Below the pieces are notes generated by a model. It worked only from the letters and a program-made list of their open reading frames with translations, was not told the origin of the DNA and ran no database searches. Shown here in pieces: positions 8,993 to 18,623 of a DNA stretch of 25,633 nucleotides (its first letter is position 1; each line of letters starts with the position of its first letter). The position numbers and the translations under genes are program-made. Where the stretch lies: positions 1 through 25,633 of the IMG/VR virus record IMGVR_UViG_3300017716_003221. The stretch is one strand, 5' to 3'. Source of the stretch: a virus (Duplodnaviria; Caudoviricetes).

Positions 8993-9304
8993 ATGAAAAA
9001 AATTGAAATCATTCCACAGGGTGACTATGTTCTTTTAAAAGAAGAAAAAATTGTATTATCCAATTCAAAAATTTTAATGCCAACTGTTGGAAATGAAACT
9101 CCTTTAACATGTAGAGTATTTGGTGTTGGTCAAGGAAGACTTTCTGAATTCAAATGGGAAAATGTTCCTATGCGATATGAAGTTGGTGATTTAGTTTTAA
9201 GGCCTGCTTTTGGAGGAAGACAAATTAAAATAGAAAATGAAACTTATATTTTGATAGAACAAAATTCTATTATGGCAAAATTGGAAGTGGTAGAAAGTTT
9301 ATAA
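8993..9304 (+). CDS. groES: Co-chaperonin GroES
   Basis: PQGDYVLL, VFGVGQG, VGDLVL, GG..IKIE.E.YILIEQNSIMA; directly upstream of GroEL. Confidence 0.9.
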   Translation: MKKIEIIPQGDYVLLKEEKIVLSNSKILMPTVGNETPLTCRVFGVGQGRLSEFKWENVPMRYEVGDLVLRPAFGGRQIKIENETYILIEQNSIMAKLEVVESL

Positions 9305-9338
9305 TTATTTAACATCACATTACATTTTAAATTTATAT

Positions 9339-10997
9339 ATGACAAAACAAGTAATTTTTGGTAAGGAAGCAAAAGACAGACTGTTAGAAGGTGTTAATAT
9401 TGTTGCAAATGCTGTTACAACTACAATGGGAGTTGGTGGTAGAAATGTAGTATTTGAAGATGAATATCAAAACTTACGTTCTACAAAAGATGGTGTAACA
9501 GTTGCAAAGATGGTGAGAGATTTAAAAGACCCTGTTCAAGACTTTGGAGCAAGGCTTATTAAAGATGCAGCTATTAAAACAGCCGATATAGCAGGAGATG
9601 GAACAACAACGGCAACACTATTAACACAATACATTACAAATGAAGCTATTAAAGCAGTTCAAAATGGTTCAAATGCTGTTGAAGTAAAAAGAGGTGTTGA
9701 GCAAGGATTAGAATATGTCTTAGAGAAACTAAAAGATTATGTTCAAGATATTTCGGAAGAGAAAGACCTTGAAAAGGTTGCAACATTGTCTGCAAATGGC
9801 GATGTTGAATTAGGAAAATATATTTCAAATGCTATTTCAACAGTTGGTAGAGATGGAATTGTTTCTATTGATGAAACAAAATATGGTGAGACAAGAATGG
9901 AAATTGTTGAAGGTATTCAATGGAAGCGTGGACTTCTTTCTCCATATTTTGCAACAGATGATAAAAATTCAAAATGTATTTTGGATGGTGGTACAGAGGA
10001 TGTTAAAATTCTTTTATACGATAAGGTAATTTCAAGAAAAGAAGAAGCACTTCCATTTTTGGAATATTGTTTACAATATAATAAATCTTTATTGATTGTT
10101 GCAGAAGATATTGTTGGAGAAGCGTTGCAAATGATGTTGATGAATAAACATGCTAACAATTTGAAAATTTGTCCTGTAAAAGCATATCAATATGGTGAGA
10201 AGAGAAAAGAATTTTTACAAGATTTAGCTATTATCACAGGAGCGAAATTAGCTTCTTATGATATGGGAGATGCTCTACATAATTTCAAAAACGATGATGA
10301 AAAGATTGAACAATATTTAGGAAATTGTAGAAGAGTTGAAATAAAAGCAGATGTCACAACAATTATTGATAGCAAAGGTGTTGAAGAAGATATTCTAAAA
10401 CGTACAGAAGAAATCAAATATAAAATTGATAATGCTTCTTCAAATTATGAGAAAGAATATTTACAAGACCGTTTAGGAAATCTTGTCGGAGCGGTGGCTA
10501 TTGTCAACGTACATGCACGAACAGATGTTGAGATGAAGGAACGTAAGGACAGAGCGGAAGATGCCTTATTTGCCACGTATTGTGCCTTAGATGAAGGTGT
10601 TATTTCGGGAGGTGGTGTTCCATTGTTTAACATTTCAAAATTAGGAATCTTTGGACAAGAATTTAAGAACGATTTTCAAAAACTTGGATTTGAAATTTTG
10701 TTAAATGCTTGTCAACAACCATTCCTAAAAATTATGTCAAACGCAGGAATTGTTTCCGAAGAATTGTGGGGTATTACAAATGAATTGTTTAACGAGGATT
10801 TTGGAACTGTTTATGACCCATTGAAAAAAGAATTCGTAAATGCTTTTGAGAATGGTATTATCGACCCTGTAAAAGTTACAAAAACAGCTCTTAAAAATGC
10901 TGTTAGTGTGGCAGGAACTTTATTATTAACCGAAAGTGTTATATTCACAGAAAGAGAAGAAGTTAAAAATTCTTCTCTAATCTCACCCGAAATGTAA
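9339..10997 (+). CDS. groEL: Chaperonin GroEL
   Basis: TKDGVTVAK, AGDGTTTAT, LLIVAED, EDALFAT, GIIDPVKV; no GGM tail. Confidence 0.97.
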   Translation: MTKQVIFGKEAKDRLLEGVNIVANAVTTTMGVGGRNVVFEDEYQNLRSTKDGVTVAKMVRDLKDPVQDFGARLIKDAAIKTADIAGDGTTTATLLTQYITNEAIKAVQNGSNAVEVKRGVEQGLEYVLEKLKDYVQDISEEKDLEKVATLSANGDVELGKYISNAISTVGRDGIVSIDETKYGETRMEIVEGIQWKRGLLSPYFATDDKNSKCILDGGTEDVKILLYDKVISRKEEALPFLEYCLQYNKSLLIVAEDIVGEALQMMLMNKHANNLKICPVKAYQYGEKRKEFLQDLAIITGAKLASYDMGDALHNFKNDDEKIEQYLGNCRRVEIKADVTTIIDSKGVEEDILKRTEEIKYKIDNASSNYEKEYLQDRLGNLVGAVAIVNVHARTDVEMKERKDRAEDALFATYCALDEGVISGGGVPLFNISKLGIFGQEFKNDFQKLGFEILLNACQQPFLKIMSNAGIVSEELWGITNELFNEDFGTVYDPLKKEFVNAFENGIIDPVKVTKTALKNAVSVAGTLLLTESVIFTEREEVKNSSLISPEM

Positions 10998-11018
10998 TTT
11001 ATAAATAATTTAATAACT

Positions 11019-11318
11019 ATGGCAAAGAAATTAGTAGAAGAACCGATGGTAGAAAATACACCAATTATTGAAACTAATGTTGAAACACCTGTTGAAGAAG
11101 TTGTAGAAAATGTTATTCCAACTAAGGTTGAAAAAAATGATTCTGAAAACATTTTAAAAATGATAGATGAACTCCAAACTATCGAAATGGGAAAATTAGA
11201 ACTTGCAAAAGAACTAATTAAAAATTCTCAATATTTAGAAGCAATTACTATTTTGAAATCTATTCAAACACTTGAACATGGTAAGGTTCAAGATATTGTC
11301 CAAAGAATTGGTCAATGA
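11019..11318 (+). CDS. Hypothetical protein with acidic low-complexity N-terminus
   Basis: E/P/V/T-rich N-terminal 40 aa followed by a helical region. Confidence 0.75.
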   Translation: MAKKLVEEPMVENTPIIETNVETPVEEVVENVIPTKVEKNDSENILKMIDELQTIEMGKLELAKELIKNSQYLEAITILKSIQTLEHGKVQDIVQRIGQ

Positions 11319-11363
11319 TTGTTGACAACGGATAAATGGAAATAATTAAAAATTAAGAATTCT

Positions 11364-12278
11364 ATGTTTGAAAATTTATGGGTGAATAAATATGCCCCAA
11401 ATTCAATTTCGGAATATATTTGTAACGAATCCTTGAAAAAGGATTTGTTACATTTTATAGAGACCAAAAATATTCCACATTTATTATTAGCTTCAAAAGC
11501 AGGTTTTGGAAAAACATCCTTAGCAAAACTTCTTGTAAAAGAACTTAATGCGGATAGTTTGTATTTAAACAGTAGTTTGAATAGAAGTATTGATGATGTT
11601 AGAGAAAAGATTATAACATTTGCTTCAACATATAGTTTTGATGCAGTTAAGATAATTATTCTTGACGAAGCCGATGGTATGACACCACAAGCATTAGATT
11701 CTTTGAAAGGGGTTGTTGAAAAATATTCGGAGCATGTTAGATTTATTTTTACAACAAATCAAATTGATAAAATCCCCGAACCTATTTGGAGCAGATGCTC
11801 AATTTATAATTTAGAGAATACTCCTTTAAAAGAAATTGGACAAAGATGTTTTAAAATTTTAAATAAAGAATGGATAGTATTTGAAAAGCAAGTTTTAGTG
11901 AATTTAATTAAATATTATTCACCCGACATTAGAAAAATAATTTCCTCATTAGAATTATGTTCAAAAACAGGAACTTTAATATTTGACCCATCAAAAGTAT
12001 CTAAAGATTATTTTTCAGAAGTAATTGAAATAATAAATTCTAAGGAAAACATAGAAGATAAATTTTATAGAATTAGACAAATATTATTGGATAATGATTT
12101 AAAAAATTTAGACCAAGTATATTCTTTATTTTTTCAAAATTTAAAATACTTTTCAAAAGGAAAAGATTGTGAAATAACAATTGCTTTAGCAGATTCTTTG
12201 CATAAGTCTGTTACAATACCTGATAAGGAATTAAATTTAATGTCTTGTATATCCAAAATTTTAACAATAATAAAATAA
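11364..12278 (+). CDS. Clamp loader AAA+ subunit (T4 gp44 / RFC-small-like)
   Basis: LWVNKYAP, PHLLL, Walker A AGFGKTS, Walker B ILDEAD, SRC motif, PDIRK. Confidence 0.93.
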   Translation: MFENLWVNKYAPNSISEYICNESLKKDLLHFIETKNIPHLLLASKAGFGKTSLAKLLVKELNADSLYLNSSLNRSIDDVREKIITFASTYSFDAVKIIILDEADGMTPQALDSLKGVVEKYSEHVRFIFTTNQIDKIPEPIWSRCSIYNLENTPLKEIGQRCFKILNKEWIVFEKQVLVNLIKYYSPDIRKIISSLELCSKTGTLIFDPSKVSKDYFSEVIEIINSKENIEDKFYRIRQILLDNDLKNLDQVYSLFFQNLKYFSKGKDCEITIALADSLHKSVTIPDKELNLMSCISKILTIIK

Positions 12279-12282
12279 ATTT

Positions 12283-12522
12283 ATGAATCAACCACAAATA
12301 AAAATCAAAGATACAAAAGAAGTAATTTGTTCAAATTGTAAAAACAATACATTTACTTCATGTTTTATGATGCGAGAAGTTAATCCATTAACAATAGGAG
12401 CATCTAAAAAAACACTTGTACCAATAGAAGTGATGCAATGTGTTAAATGTTTTACTGTTTTAGAAGATACAGTTCCCGAAGAATTAAAAAATAATACTCC
12501 AAAATCATCTTTGATAAAATGA
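12283..12522 (+). CDS. Zinc-ribbon protein
   Basis: CSNC...CVKC. Confidence 0.75.
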   Translation: MNQPQIKIKDTKEVICSNCKNNTFTSCFMMREVNPLTIGASKKTLVPIEVMQCVKCFTVLEDTVPEELKNNTPKSSLIK

Positions 12523-12764
12523 CAAATCAAGAAAAATTAGAAAATATTGAGAATAAGTCATTAGAAAAAGTAAATCATCCAAATCATTATGGTGGAGAAA
12601 ATAATGTGTATGAAGCCATTAAAATCATTGAAGCACATGATTTAAACTTTGTTGAAGGAAATGTTATAAAGTATTTGCTTAGATATAAGAAAAAGAATGG
12701 GTTTGAAGATTTGGAAAAAGCTCTATGGTACATGAATAGATTGGTTGAAAATCATAAGAAATAA
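12519..12764 (+). CDS. DUF3310 (SaV-like) protein
   Basis: VNHPNHY, FVEGNVIKYLLRYKKKNGFEDLEKALWY. Confidence 0.9.
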   Translation: MTNQEKLENIENKSLEKVNHPNHYGGENNVYEAIKIIEAHDLNFVEGNVIKYLLRYKKKNGFEDLEKALWYMNRLVENHKK

Positions 12765-12792
12765 TTCTATATTATATATGTTATTTTGTGAA

Positions 12793-12809
12793 TATATATT
12801 TATATTAAA
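12793..12809 (+). promoter_or_regulatory. Putative phage-specific promoter motif, copy 2
   Basis: TATATATTTATATTAAA, identical to 3341-3357. Confidence 0.55.
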
Positions 12810-12818
12810 ATTATCATT

Positions 12819-13034
12819 ATGACAAAAGAATCTCTCACACAAGGATTTTGTAAATTAACTTCAACAGATGTTATAACAGCACAACATGAACTTTTTAAAA
12901 AGACAGCTAAATTAAGAAAATTTTCTCAACAGAAACTTGTCAATCGTTCAATGTTTTTATACAACAAAGATGAAGAATTTAGAAAAATTCTCGAAAATTG
13001 TACAGAATTAAAAATTAGTGGTTCTCAATTTTAA
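12819..13034 (+). CDS. Small, possibly ribbon-helix-helix DNA-binding protein
   Basis: LTSTDV (strand), HELFKKTA (helix), FSQQKLVNRSMFLY (helix). Confidence 0.55.
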   Translation: MTKESLTQGFCKLTSTDVITAQHELFKKTAKLRKFSQQKLVNRSMFLYNKDEEFRKILENCTELKISGSQF

Positions 13035-13042
13035 TTTAAAAT

Positions 13043-13080
13043 TAGTTCTTAAATGTTAAAATTTTAGGAACTATTTTTTT
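13043..13080 (+). terminator. Intrinsic terminator
   Basis: TAGTTCTTAAA...TTTAGGAACTA stem followed by T7. Confidence 0.75.
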
Positions 13081-13119
13081 GTATAAAAGGTTTTATAATA
13101 AATAAACTTTAATAGAATA

Positions 13120-14511
13120 ATGAATTTCGATTATATTCCAAAAGAAAAAAGAAAAACGATTCTCTACATTTGTGATGATATTAGAACACATAGTGGAGTT
13201 GCAACCATTTCAAAAGAGATTGTTTTAAAATCCGCACATCATTTTAATTGGCTTATTTTGGGTGGACTTCATAATCATCCAAATAATAATCAAAGAATGG
13301 ATTTATCGGAAGAAATTAACAAACTGACAAACTTAACAGATTCTTGGGTACATCAAATTGGTGTAAATGGTTATGGAAATATTGATATGGTGAAGGCTAT
13401 TTTAAATGCTGAACCGATTGATGCTTTGATGATGATGACAGACCCAAGATATTATGAATGGTTATTTAGTATTGAAAGAGATGTAAGAAGAAAACTTCCA
13501 ATCATTTACTTAAACATTTGGGATAATTATCCTTATCCAATGTATAACAAAAGTTTTTATGAATCATGTGATACATTATTTTGTATTTCAAAACTTACAA
13601 AAAATTGTGTTGAACAAGTGTTAGGAGAAGAATTGTCCAAAGAAAAGATTATAAAATATATTCCACATGGACTTGATGAAACCAATTTCAAACCAATTTC
13701 AGAAGATGATGAAAATTTAAAAAACTTTAAAAAATATTTATTTAAAGGGAAAGAATATGAATTTGTTATTTTTTGGAATAGTAGAAATATTAGAAGGAAA
13801 TCTCCAAGTGATTTGATGGTGGGATTTAAAGATTTTTGCGATAAATTACCAAAAGATAAAAAAGAAACTGTTGCACTCTTATTACACACAGACCCTATTG
13901 ACCCAAATGGAACAGATTTACTTGCAGTTAAAAAAATGCTATTTGGGGATGATGATAGCTATAATATTATTTTCACAGATAGAAAATATTCTCAATATGA
14001 GATGAATCTAATATACAATAGCATTGATGTAACAGTTTTAATTTCTTCAAATGAAGGATGGGGATTGTCTTTAACAGAATCTATGTTAGCGGGTAAATGT
14101 ATCATTGGAAATGTAACAGGAGGTATCCAAGACCAAATGAGATTTGATAATTATGGGTCTTGGATAAGTTTTAATAAAGATTTTCCTTCAAATAATATTG
14201 GAAAATATATTCCACATGGTGTATGGGCTTTTCCAATATTTCCATCAAATACATCCTTAGTAGGAAGTGTACCAACACCTTACATTTATGATGATAGAGT
14301 TCAACCAAGTGATATTACAGATGTTTTAAAAGAAGTTTATGAATATACTAAAGACACTTTAAAAAATAGAGGTTTAGAAGGTAGAGAATGGGCTATTGGT
14401 GATGAAGCAAAATTCACCGCTCAAAAAATGACAAATTCTATTATAGAAGGAATTGAAGAAACTTTAGAAAAATTTGTTCCACGTAAAAACTTTGATGTAG
14501 TAAAACTTTAA
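13120..14511 (+). CDS. GT-B fold glycosyltransferase (GT4-like)
   Basis: SGVA glycine loop, IPHGLD, RNIRRK, EGWGLSLTE (EX7E), GKCII..VTGG. Confidence 0.9.
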   Translation: MNFDYIPKEKRKTILYICDDIRTHSGVATISKEIVLKSAHHFNWLILGGLHNHPNNNQRMDLSEEINKLTNLTDSWVHQIGVNGYGNIDMVKAILNAEPIDALMMMTDPRYYEWLFSIERDVRRKLPIIYLNIWDNYPYPMYNKSFYESCDTLFCISKLTKNCVEQVLGEELSKEKIIKYIPHGLDETNFKPISEDDENLKNFKKYLFKGKEYEFVIFWNSRNIRRKSPSDLMVGFKDFCDKLPKDKKETVALLLHTDPIDPNGTDLLAVKKMLFGDDDSYNIIFTDRKYSQYEMNLIYNSIDVTVLISSNEGWGLSLTESMLAGKCIIGNVTGGIQDQMRFDNYGSWISFNKDFPSNNIGKYIPHGVWAFPIFPSNTSLVGSVPTPYIYDDRVQPSDITDVLKEVYEYTKDTLKNRGLEGREWAIGDEAKFTAQKMTNSIIEGIEETLEKFVPRKNFDVVKL

Positions 14512-14519
14512 TAAATTAA

Positions 14520-15776
14520 ATGAAAAAAACTTTAATAATTAGTGGACAATTCACTTCGTTAAGTGGATATGGAAAAAAGAGTTATGATATTGCAAAATCT
14601 TTTATAAAATTATATTCACAAGAATATGAAATATCACTTCTTCCTCTCAAATGGGGAAATACAAAAAATGATGCTATAAACGAAAGTGATGAAATTTTTA
14701 AATATTTTATTCCACAGATTCAATTTAACCCAAATGTTTATATTCATATAGGACTTCCAAATGAATTTCAACCATTAGGACTTGAAAAAAATATTCTTTT
14801 TACAAGTGGTATTGAAACAAATATTGCACCAAAATCCTTTATAGAAGGTTGTAATAGAGCAAACCTTGTAATTGTACCATCAACGTTCACCAAGAGGGTT
14901 TTAGAGGAAACTTTGGCACAAGTTAAAGATAATAATGGAAATATTGTACAAGAAGATAAAGTAAAAGTACCTATCGAAGTGCTTTTTGAAGGATATGATG
15001 AAAATATTTTTAAAGAAATTTCTTATAAAGATAACAAAATTAATTTAAAATCAATTAAAGAAGATTTTGCTTTCTTATTTGTTGGAACATGGCTTGAAGG
15101 TGAAATTGGACAAGACAGAAAAGATGTTGGAATGTTAGTAAAAGTTTTTTATGAAACATTTAAAAACAAATTAAACACACCATGTCTAATTTTAAAAACA
15201 AGTGGTGCAACAACATCAATAGTTGATAAATATAGAATTCAAGAAAAAATTGATTTAATTAAATCAACAGTTGATTCAAAAATTCTTCCAAATGTTTATT
15301 TAATACATGGTGATTTAGAAGATGTTGAAATGAATATGCTTTACAATAATTCAAAAATTAAAGCAATGGTATCTTTAACAAAAGGAGAAGGATTTTCAAG
15401 AACTTTTTTAGAATTTGCAACAACATCAAAACCATTAATTGTTTCGGGTTATTCGGGTCACATGGATTTTTTAAAACAAGAATATAATATATTTGTAGGA
15501 GGTCAATTAACAGATGTTCATCCAAGTGCTGTTAATGATTTCATCATAAAAGAATCTAAATGGTTTACGGCTAATTATAATGATGTTGCAAATATTTTAA
15601 ATGAGGTTTATAAGAATTATAAAAAATATTTGGAACTTTCAAAAAAACAAAATACATTTGTTTCATCAACTTTTACAAAAACGAAGATGGAAGAAAAATT
15701 GCAAGAAATTTTTGAAAGAAATGTGCCAAAAACAGTAGAATTAAAAATTCCCGATTTTATAAAATTTAAAAAATAA
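14520..15776 (+). CDS. GT-B fold glycosyltransferase (GT4-like), second paralog
   Basis: SGYG, VIVPSTF, FLFVG, RKDV, EGFSRTFLE (EX7E), SGHMDF. Confidence 0.9.
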   Translation: MKKTLIISGQFTSLSGYGKKSYDIAKSFIKLYSQEYEISLLPLKWGNTKNDAINESDEIFKYFIPQIQFNPNVYIHIGLPNEFQPLGLEKNILFTSGIETNIAPKSFIEGCNRANLVIVPSTFTKRVLEETLAQVKDNNGNIVQEDKVKVPIEVLFEGYDENIFKEISYKDNKINLKSIKEDFAFLFVGTWLEGEIGQDRKDVGMLVKVFYETFKNKLNTPCLILKTSGATTSIVDKYRIQEKIDLIKSTVDSKILPNVYLIHGDLEDVEMNMLYNNSKIKAMVSLTKGEGFSRTFLEFATTSKPLIVSGYSGHMDFLKQEYNIFVGGQLTDVHPSAVNDFIIKESKWFTANYNDVANILNEVYKNYKKYLELSKKQNTFVSSTFTKTKMEEKLQEIFERNVPKTVELKIPDFIKFKK

Positions 15777-15791
15777 ATAAACACTTATTTT

Positions 15792-16172
15792 ATGGAAGTT
15801 AAAGAACAATTAGAAAATTATATTAAATTAGTTGATGAAGCTATTTTAATAAACGATGCGGATGAACTATGGGATTTTTGTTCTAATAATAAAATGTTGA
15901 TTGGATTATGTATGTTTATGACAAATAGTGAAACTATTCAAAATAGAGGTAGAAGAATCATTAGACGTAATTATTTATTAACCTATGAATCTCTTCTCCC
16001 AAATTATGCTAATTATTGGTTTTACCTTACGGTCGATTCTACCTATAATACAAGTCTTTCTTTAGCAAAAGACACTTTAATAGCGAGACAACAGGTTTGT
16101 AAAGATATTTTAGAAATTTATTACCCAAATAGTTTTAAACAATTAATTTTAAATTTATGGAAACGATACTAA
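15792..16172 (+). CDS. Hypothetical protein
   Basis: ORF in operon. Confidence 0.7.
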   Translation: MEVKEQLENYIKLVDEAILINDADELWDFCSNNKMLIGLCMFMTNSETIQNRGRRIIRRNYLLTYESLLPNYANYWFYLTVDSTYNTSLSLAKDTLIARQQVCKDILEIYYPNSFKQLILNLWKRY

Positions 16173-16666
16173 TTAGTGATGAACTTTATAAAAAGTTAAA
16201 ATATCTTTCAAACGAAATTAAAACCCAAGATAATAGAAAAACTGCTTCTCCATATTTTTACCAAATTATGGAAACGAGAGAAGACAGTTGTTGGGAAGAA
16301 ATTTCTGATAAAATTATTTGGTATCATTCTGATGGTGGATATAAAGTTGAAAATGTTTTTGACGAAATGGTTAAATTTTTAAAAGAAAATGGTGAAGATT
16401 GTTTAAATGGATGGAAAGATGCTATTGAACAATGGGATATTAATGATGAACAAGATTTGGAAAATATTTTTGAATATTTGGGATTTTACAAAGTTCCTAT
16501 TAAAACCATTTATCAATTTTCAAATGCTTTTTTGACAGAAAAATCAATTTTACAACATATTGAATCTAATAAACATCATTATGAAAATCCAAAAACATAT
16601 TTACAATATGCTTATAGAAATAGTGATTTAGAAACAATTTTTGAATTTTTAAAAATTATAGAATGA
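16157..16666 (+). CDS. Conserved phage protein (Ead/Ea22-associated-like domain)
   Basis: TQDNRKTASP...FLTEK...HIESNKHHY..P.TY...AYRN pattern. Confidence 0.65.
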   Translation: METILISDELYKKLKYLSNEIKTQDNRKTASPYFYQIMETREDSCWEEISDKIIWYHSDGGYKVENVFDEMVKFLKENGEDCLNGWKDAIEQWDINDEQDLENIFEYLGFYKVPIKTIYQFSNAFLTEKSILQHIESNKHHYENPKTYLQYAYRNSDLETIFEFLKIIE

Positions 16667-16866
16667 AAAAATTAATTAGTTTAAAAGAACATAATGATAG
16701 TTTCAATGATTTTATATACGAAAATGTTAAATGTGGAAATGGGATTTCATGTCCAAATTGTAAAGAAGAATTAATAGATAGTGATAATTACATTTTAACA
16801 ACAAATCCTCCACAAAGGAATGTTAAATGTTTAAAATGTAATTTTAAAAGTTTTAGAAACTGTTAA
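16663..16866 (+). CDS. Small zinc-finger protein
   Basis: CPNC...TNPPQ..VKCLKC. Confidence 0.75.
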   Translation: MKKLISLKEHNDSFNDFIYENVKCGNGISCPNCKEELIDSDNYILTTNPPQRNVKCLKCNFKSFRNC

Positions 16867-16878
16867 AAATATAAGTTT

Positions 16879-17298
16879 ATGTTCGATGTAATTAATTCAA
16901 TTCTATATGATAAAAAATCTTGGGAAACTCTCACCCCACCCCAACAAAGTAGCTTCACTATATTTTCACTCAATAAGGCTCTCTCAAATATTTCAGATTA
17001 TATTGAGAGCATTAATGTAATAAATGAATATTCTACATCATTAACAAATGAACAAGTTTATAATTTTTACAAAGACCTTTTCCCAAAGAAAAGAATTTAT
17101 GTAAAATATGTTAAAAAGACACAATCTCCTTATACAAAGGAATTATTAGAATTTTTTTCAAAACGTTTGAAGGAATCAAAAAAGAACATAGAGTTTATGT
17201 TAAACATTTTTTCAAGAGATGATGTAGAAGATTATTTAATACAATGTGGCTTAGAAGATAAAAAAATAAAAATTTTATTAAAAATATTTAGGAAATAG
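16879..17298 (+). CDS. Probable clamp loader small subunit (T4 gp62-like)
   Basis: FDVINSI..DKK, F..F.LNKALS, YNFY..LFPKKRIYVKYVK pattern; replisome context. Confidence 0.65.
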   Translation: MFDVINSILYDKKSWETLTPPQQSSFTIFSLNKALSNISDYIESINVINEYSTSLTNEQVYNFYKDLFPKKRIYVKYVKKTQSPYTKELLEFFSKRLKESKKNIEFMLNIFSRDDVEDYLIQCGLEDKKIKILLKIFRK

Positions 17299-17311
17299 AA
17301 AAATTATTTTT

Positions 17312-17319
17312 TACATTTG
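17312..17319 (+). promoter_or_regulatory. Bacteroidota-type -7 element TACATTTG
   Basis: TAnnTTTG about 25 nt before ATG 17344; -33 element weak. Confidence 0.5.
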
Positions 17320-17343
17320 TTAAACATTTAAATAAACAATAAA

Positions 17344-17502
17344 ATGAAAAAACCACCTTTTAATACATACAAACAAAAAACTTTTGAAAAAGTTCATATA
17401 CCAAATAAAATTGAAACAAACTTGAAAGGATTTGAAAAAGAAAATTTTAAAAATACGTTGGATGAATTTAATAAAATAATTCCAAATCTAAGAAAAATAT
17501 GA
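17344..17502 (+). CDS. Small hypothetical protein (52 aa, absent from the ORF track)
   Basis: MKKPPFNTYKQKTFEK...PNLRKI; ATGA overlap with the next gene. Confidence 0.65.
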   Translation: MKKPPFNTYKQKTFEKVHIPNKIETNLKGFEKENFKNTLDEFNKIIPNLRKI

Positions 17503-17795
17503 AAAAATATTTAGTAAAGTTTCATCAATTTGTTTTTAAAAAATATTATAAAAATATTCCAAATGAATTTAGAGAATTTACATTATTAGAAAGTATTAGA
17601 TTAAGGTTTGAAAATAATGAGCAAGAAATTTCTAAAATTAAAAAAGAATACGAAAAGTTTAATAATTTTTTATTGAAAGAAAATTTTGAATTAAAAGAAA
17701 AAATTAAAAAATTAAATCTAAGAATAGAACAGAGTGAAAATAATTTTTCACAAGCAACTCTTCAAATTAATAGATTAAAAAATTTAAAGAAATGA
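17499..17795 (+). CDS. Coiled-coil hypothetical protein
   Basis: K/E/L heptad pattern. Confidence 0.7.
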   Translation: MKKYLVKFHQFVFKKYYKNIPNEFREFTLLESIRLRFENNEQEISKIKKEYEKFNNFLLKENFELKEKIKKLNLRIEQSENNFSQATLQINRLKNLKK

Positions 17796-18481
17796 AAGAT
17801 TTAACAGGTAAAAAAGTTTTTATAAGTAGCGATTTCCACGGATTTCACAAAGGGATTACTCTTGCATCGCATTGGAGAAATGAATTTGGAGAAGTTCCAT
17901 TAGAACAAGTGAGACATTTTGATAATGAAATGGAAATGAGTTATAAATTAATATTTAATATTAATGAAAAAGTTGGTGAAAATGATGTCCTAATTCATTT
18001 AGGGGATTGGTCTTTTGGTGGAATTGAAAATATTTACGAATTTAGAAAAAAAATTATTTGTAAAAATATTATACAAATTTGTGGAAACCATGACCACCAT
18101 ATTGGAGAAGGAAAGAAAATATATTTTCCAACAGATGAATTTGACATTGATTTTCCAAATGGTATTGAATATAATATTGATTTGTGTTTTCATTCTATTC
18201 ACGACATTTTGAAATTCAAATATGGAAGATATACATTTGTTTGTTCACATTTTCCATTTCTTTCTTGGGAAAATATTTCAAAGGGTTGGATGAATTTACA
18301 TGGTCATTTTCATAGTAAAGGGATAGATAGATTTACAAGTTATAATCAAATGGATGTTGGTATTGATGGTAATCGTAATTTTTCACCATATCTTCTTGAA
18401 GAAGTGATAGAATTAATTAAACAAAATAATAAGTTGATAGAAGAATCTCATGGTGAAGGTTTTAATGATTATAGAAAATAA
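17792..18481 (+). CDS. Calcineurin-like metallophosphoesterase
   Basis: SDFH, HLGD, GNHD, SHFP, LHGHFH, DVGID. Confidence 0.92.
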   Translation: MKDLTGKKVFISSDFHGFHKGITLASHWRNEFGEVPLEQVRHFDNEMEMSYKLIFNINEKVGENDVLIHLGDWSFGGIENIYEFRKKIICKNIIQICGNHDHHIGEGKKIYFPTDEFDIDFPNGIEYNIDLCFHSIHDILKFKYGRYTFVCSHFPFLSWENISKGWMNLHGHFHSKGIDRFTSYNQMDVGIDGNRNFSPYLLEEVIELIKQNNKLIEESHGEGFNDYRK

Positions 18482-18495
18482 TTTTTAAAAAATAC

Positions 18496-18578
18496 AAACA
18501 TTTGAAATTTAGACTTTAAAATTTTTTCTAATGTGATTGCCTTATAGAAGTAAAAATCATTTAAAATACATTGTAAAA
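18496..18578 (+). repeat. Degenerate intergenic element, copy A
   Basis: Ungapped block similarity to 25274-25356 (49/83 identical by hand count). Confidence 0.4.
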
Positions 18579-18586
18579 ATATTGTT

Positions 18587-18623
18587 AAAACCTTTGTAAA
18601 ATTAATTTTTATGAAGGTTTTTT
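18587..18623 (+). terminator. Intrinsic terminator
   Basis: AAAACCTTTGTAAAA...TTTTATGAAGGTTTT stem with G-U pairs and a T-tract. Confidence 0.7.

Noticed and set aside
11000-11007. TATAAATA (T4 late consensus) after groEL
   Set aside because: Single occurrence in very AT-rich DNA; not distinguishable from chance
11321-11329. GTTGACAAC short palindrome with TTGACA before the clamp loader
   Set aside because: Too short, with no well-spaced -10 element
4603-18212. Nested or antisense ORFs (4603, 5173, 9829, 9917, 10445, 10811, 12288, 13557, 17999, 18015)
   Set aside because: Lie within well-supported genes; no motifs or leaders
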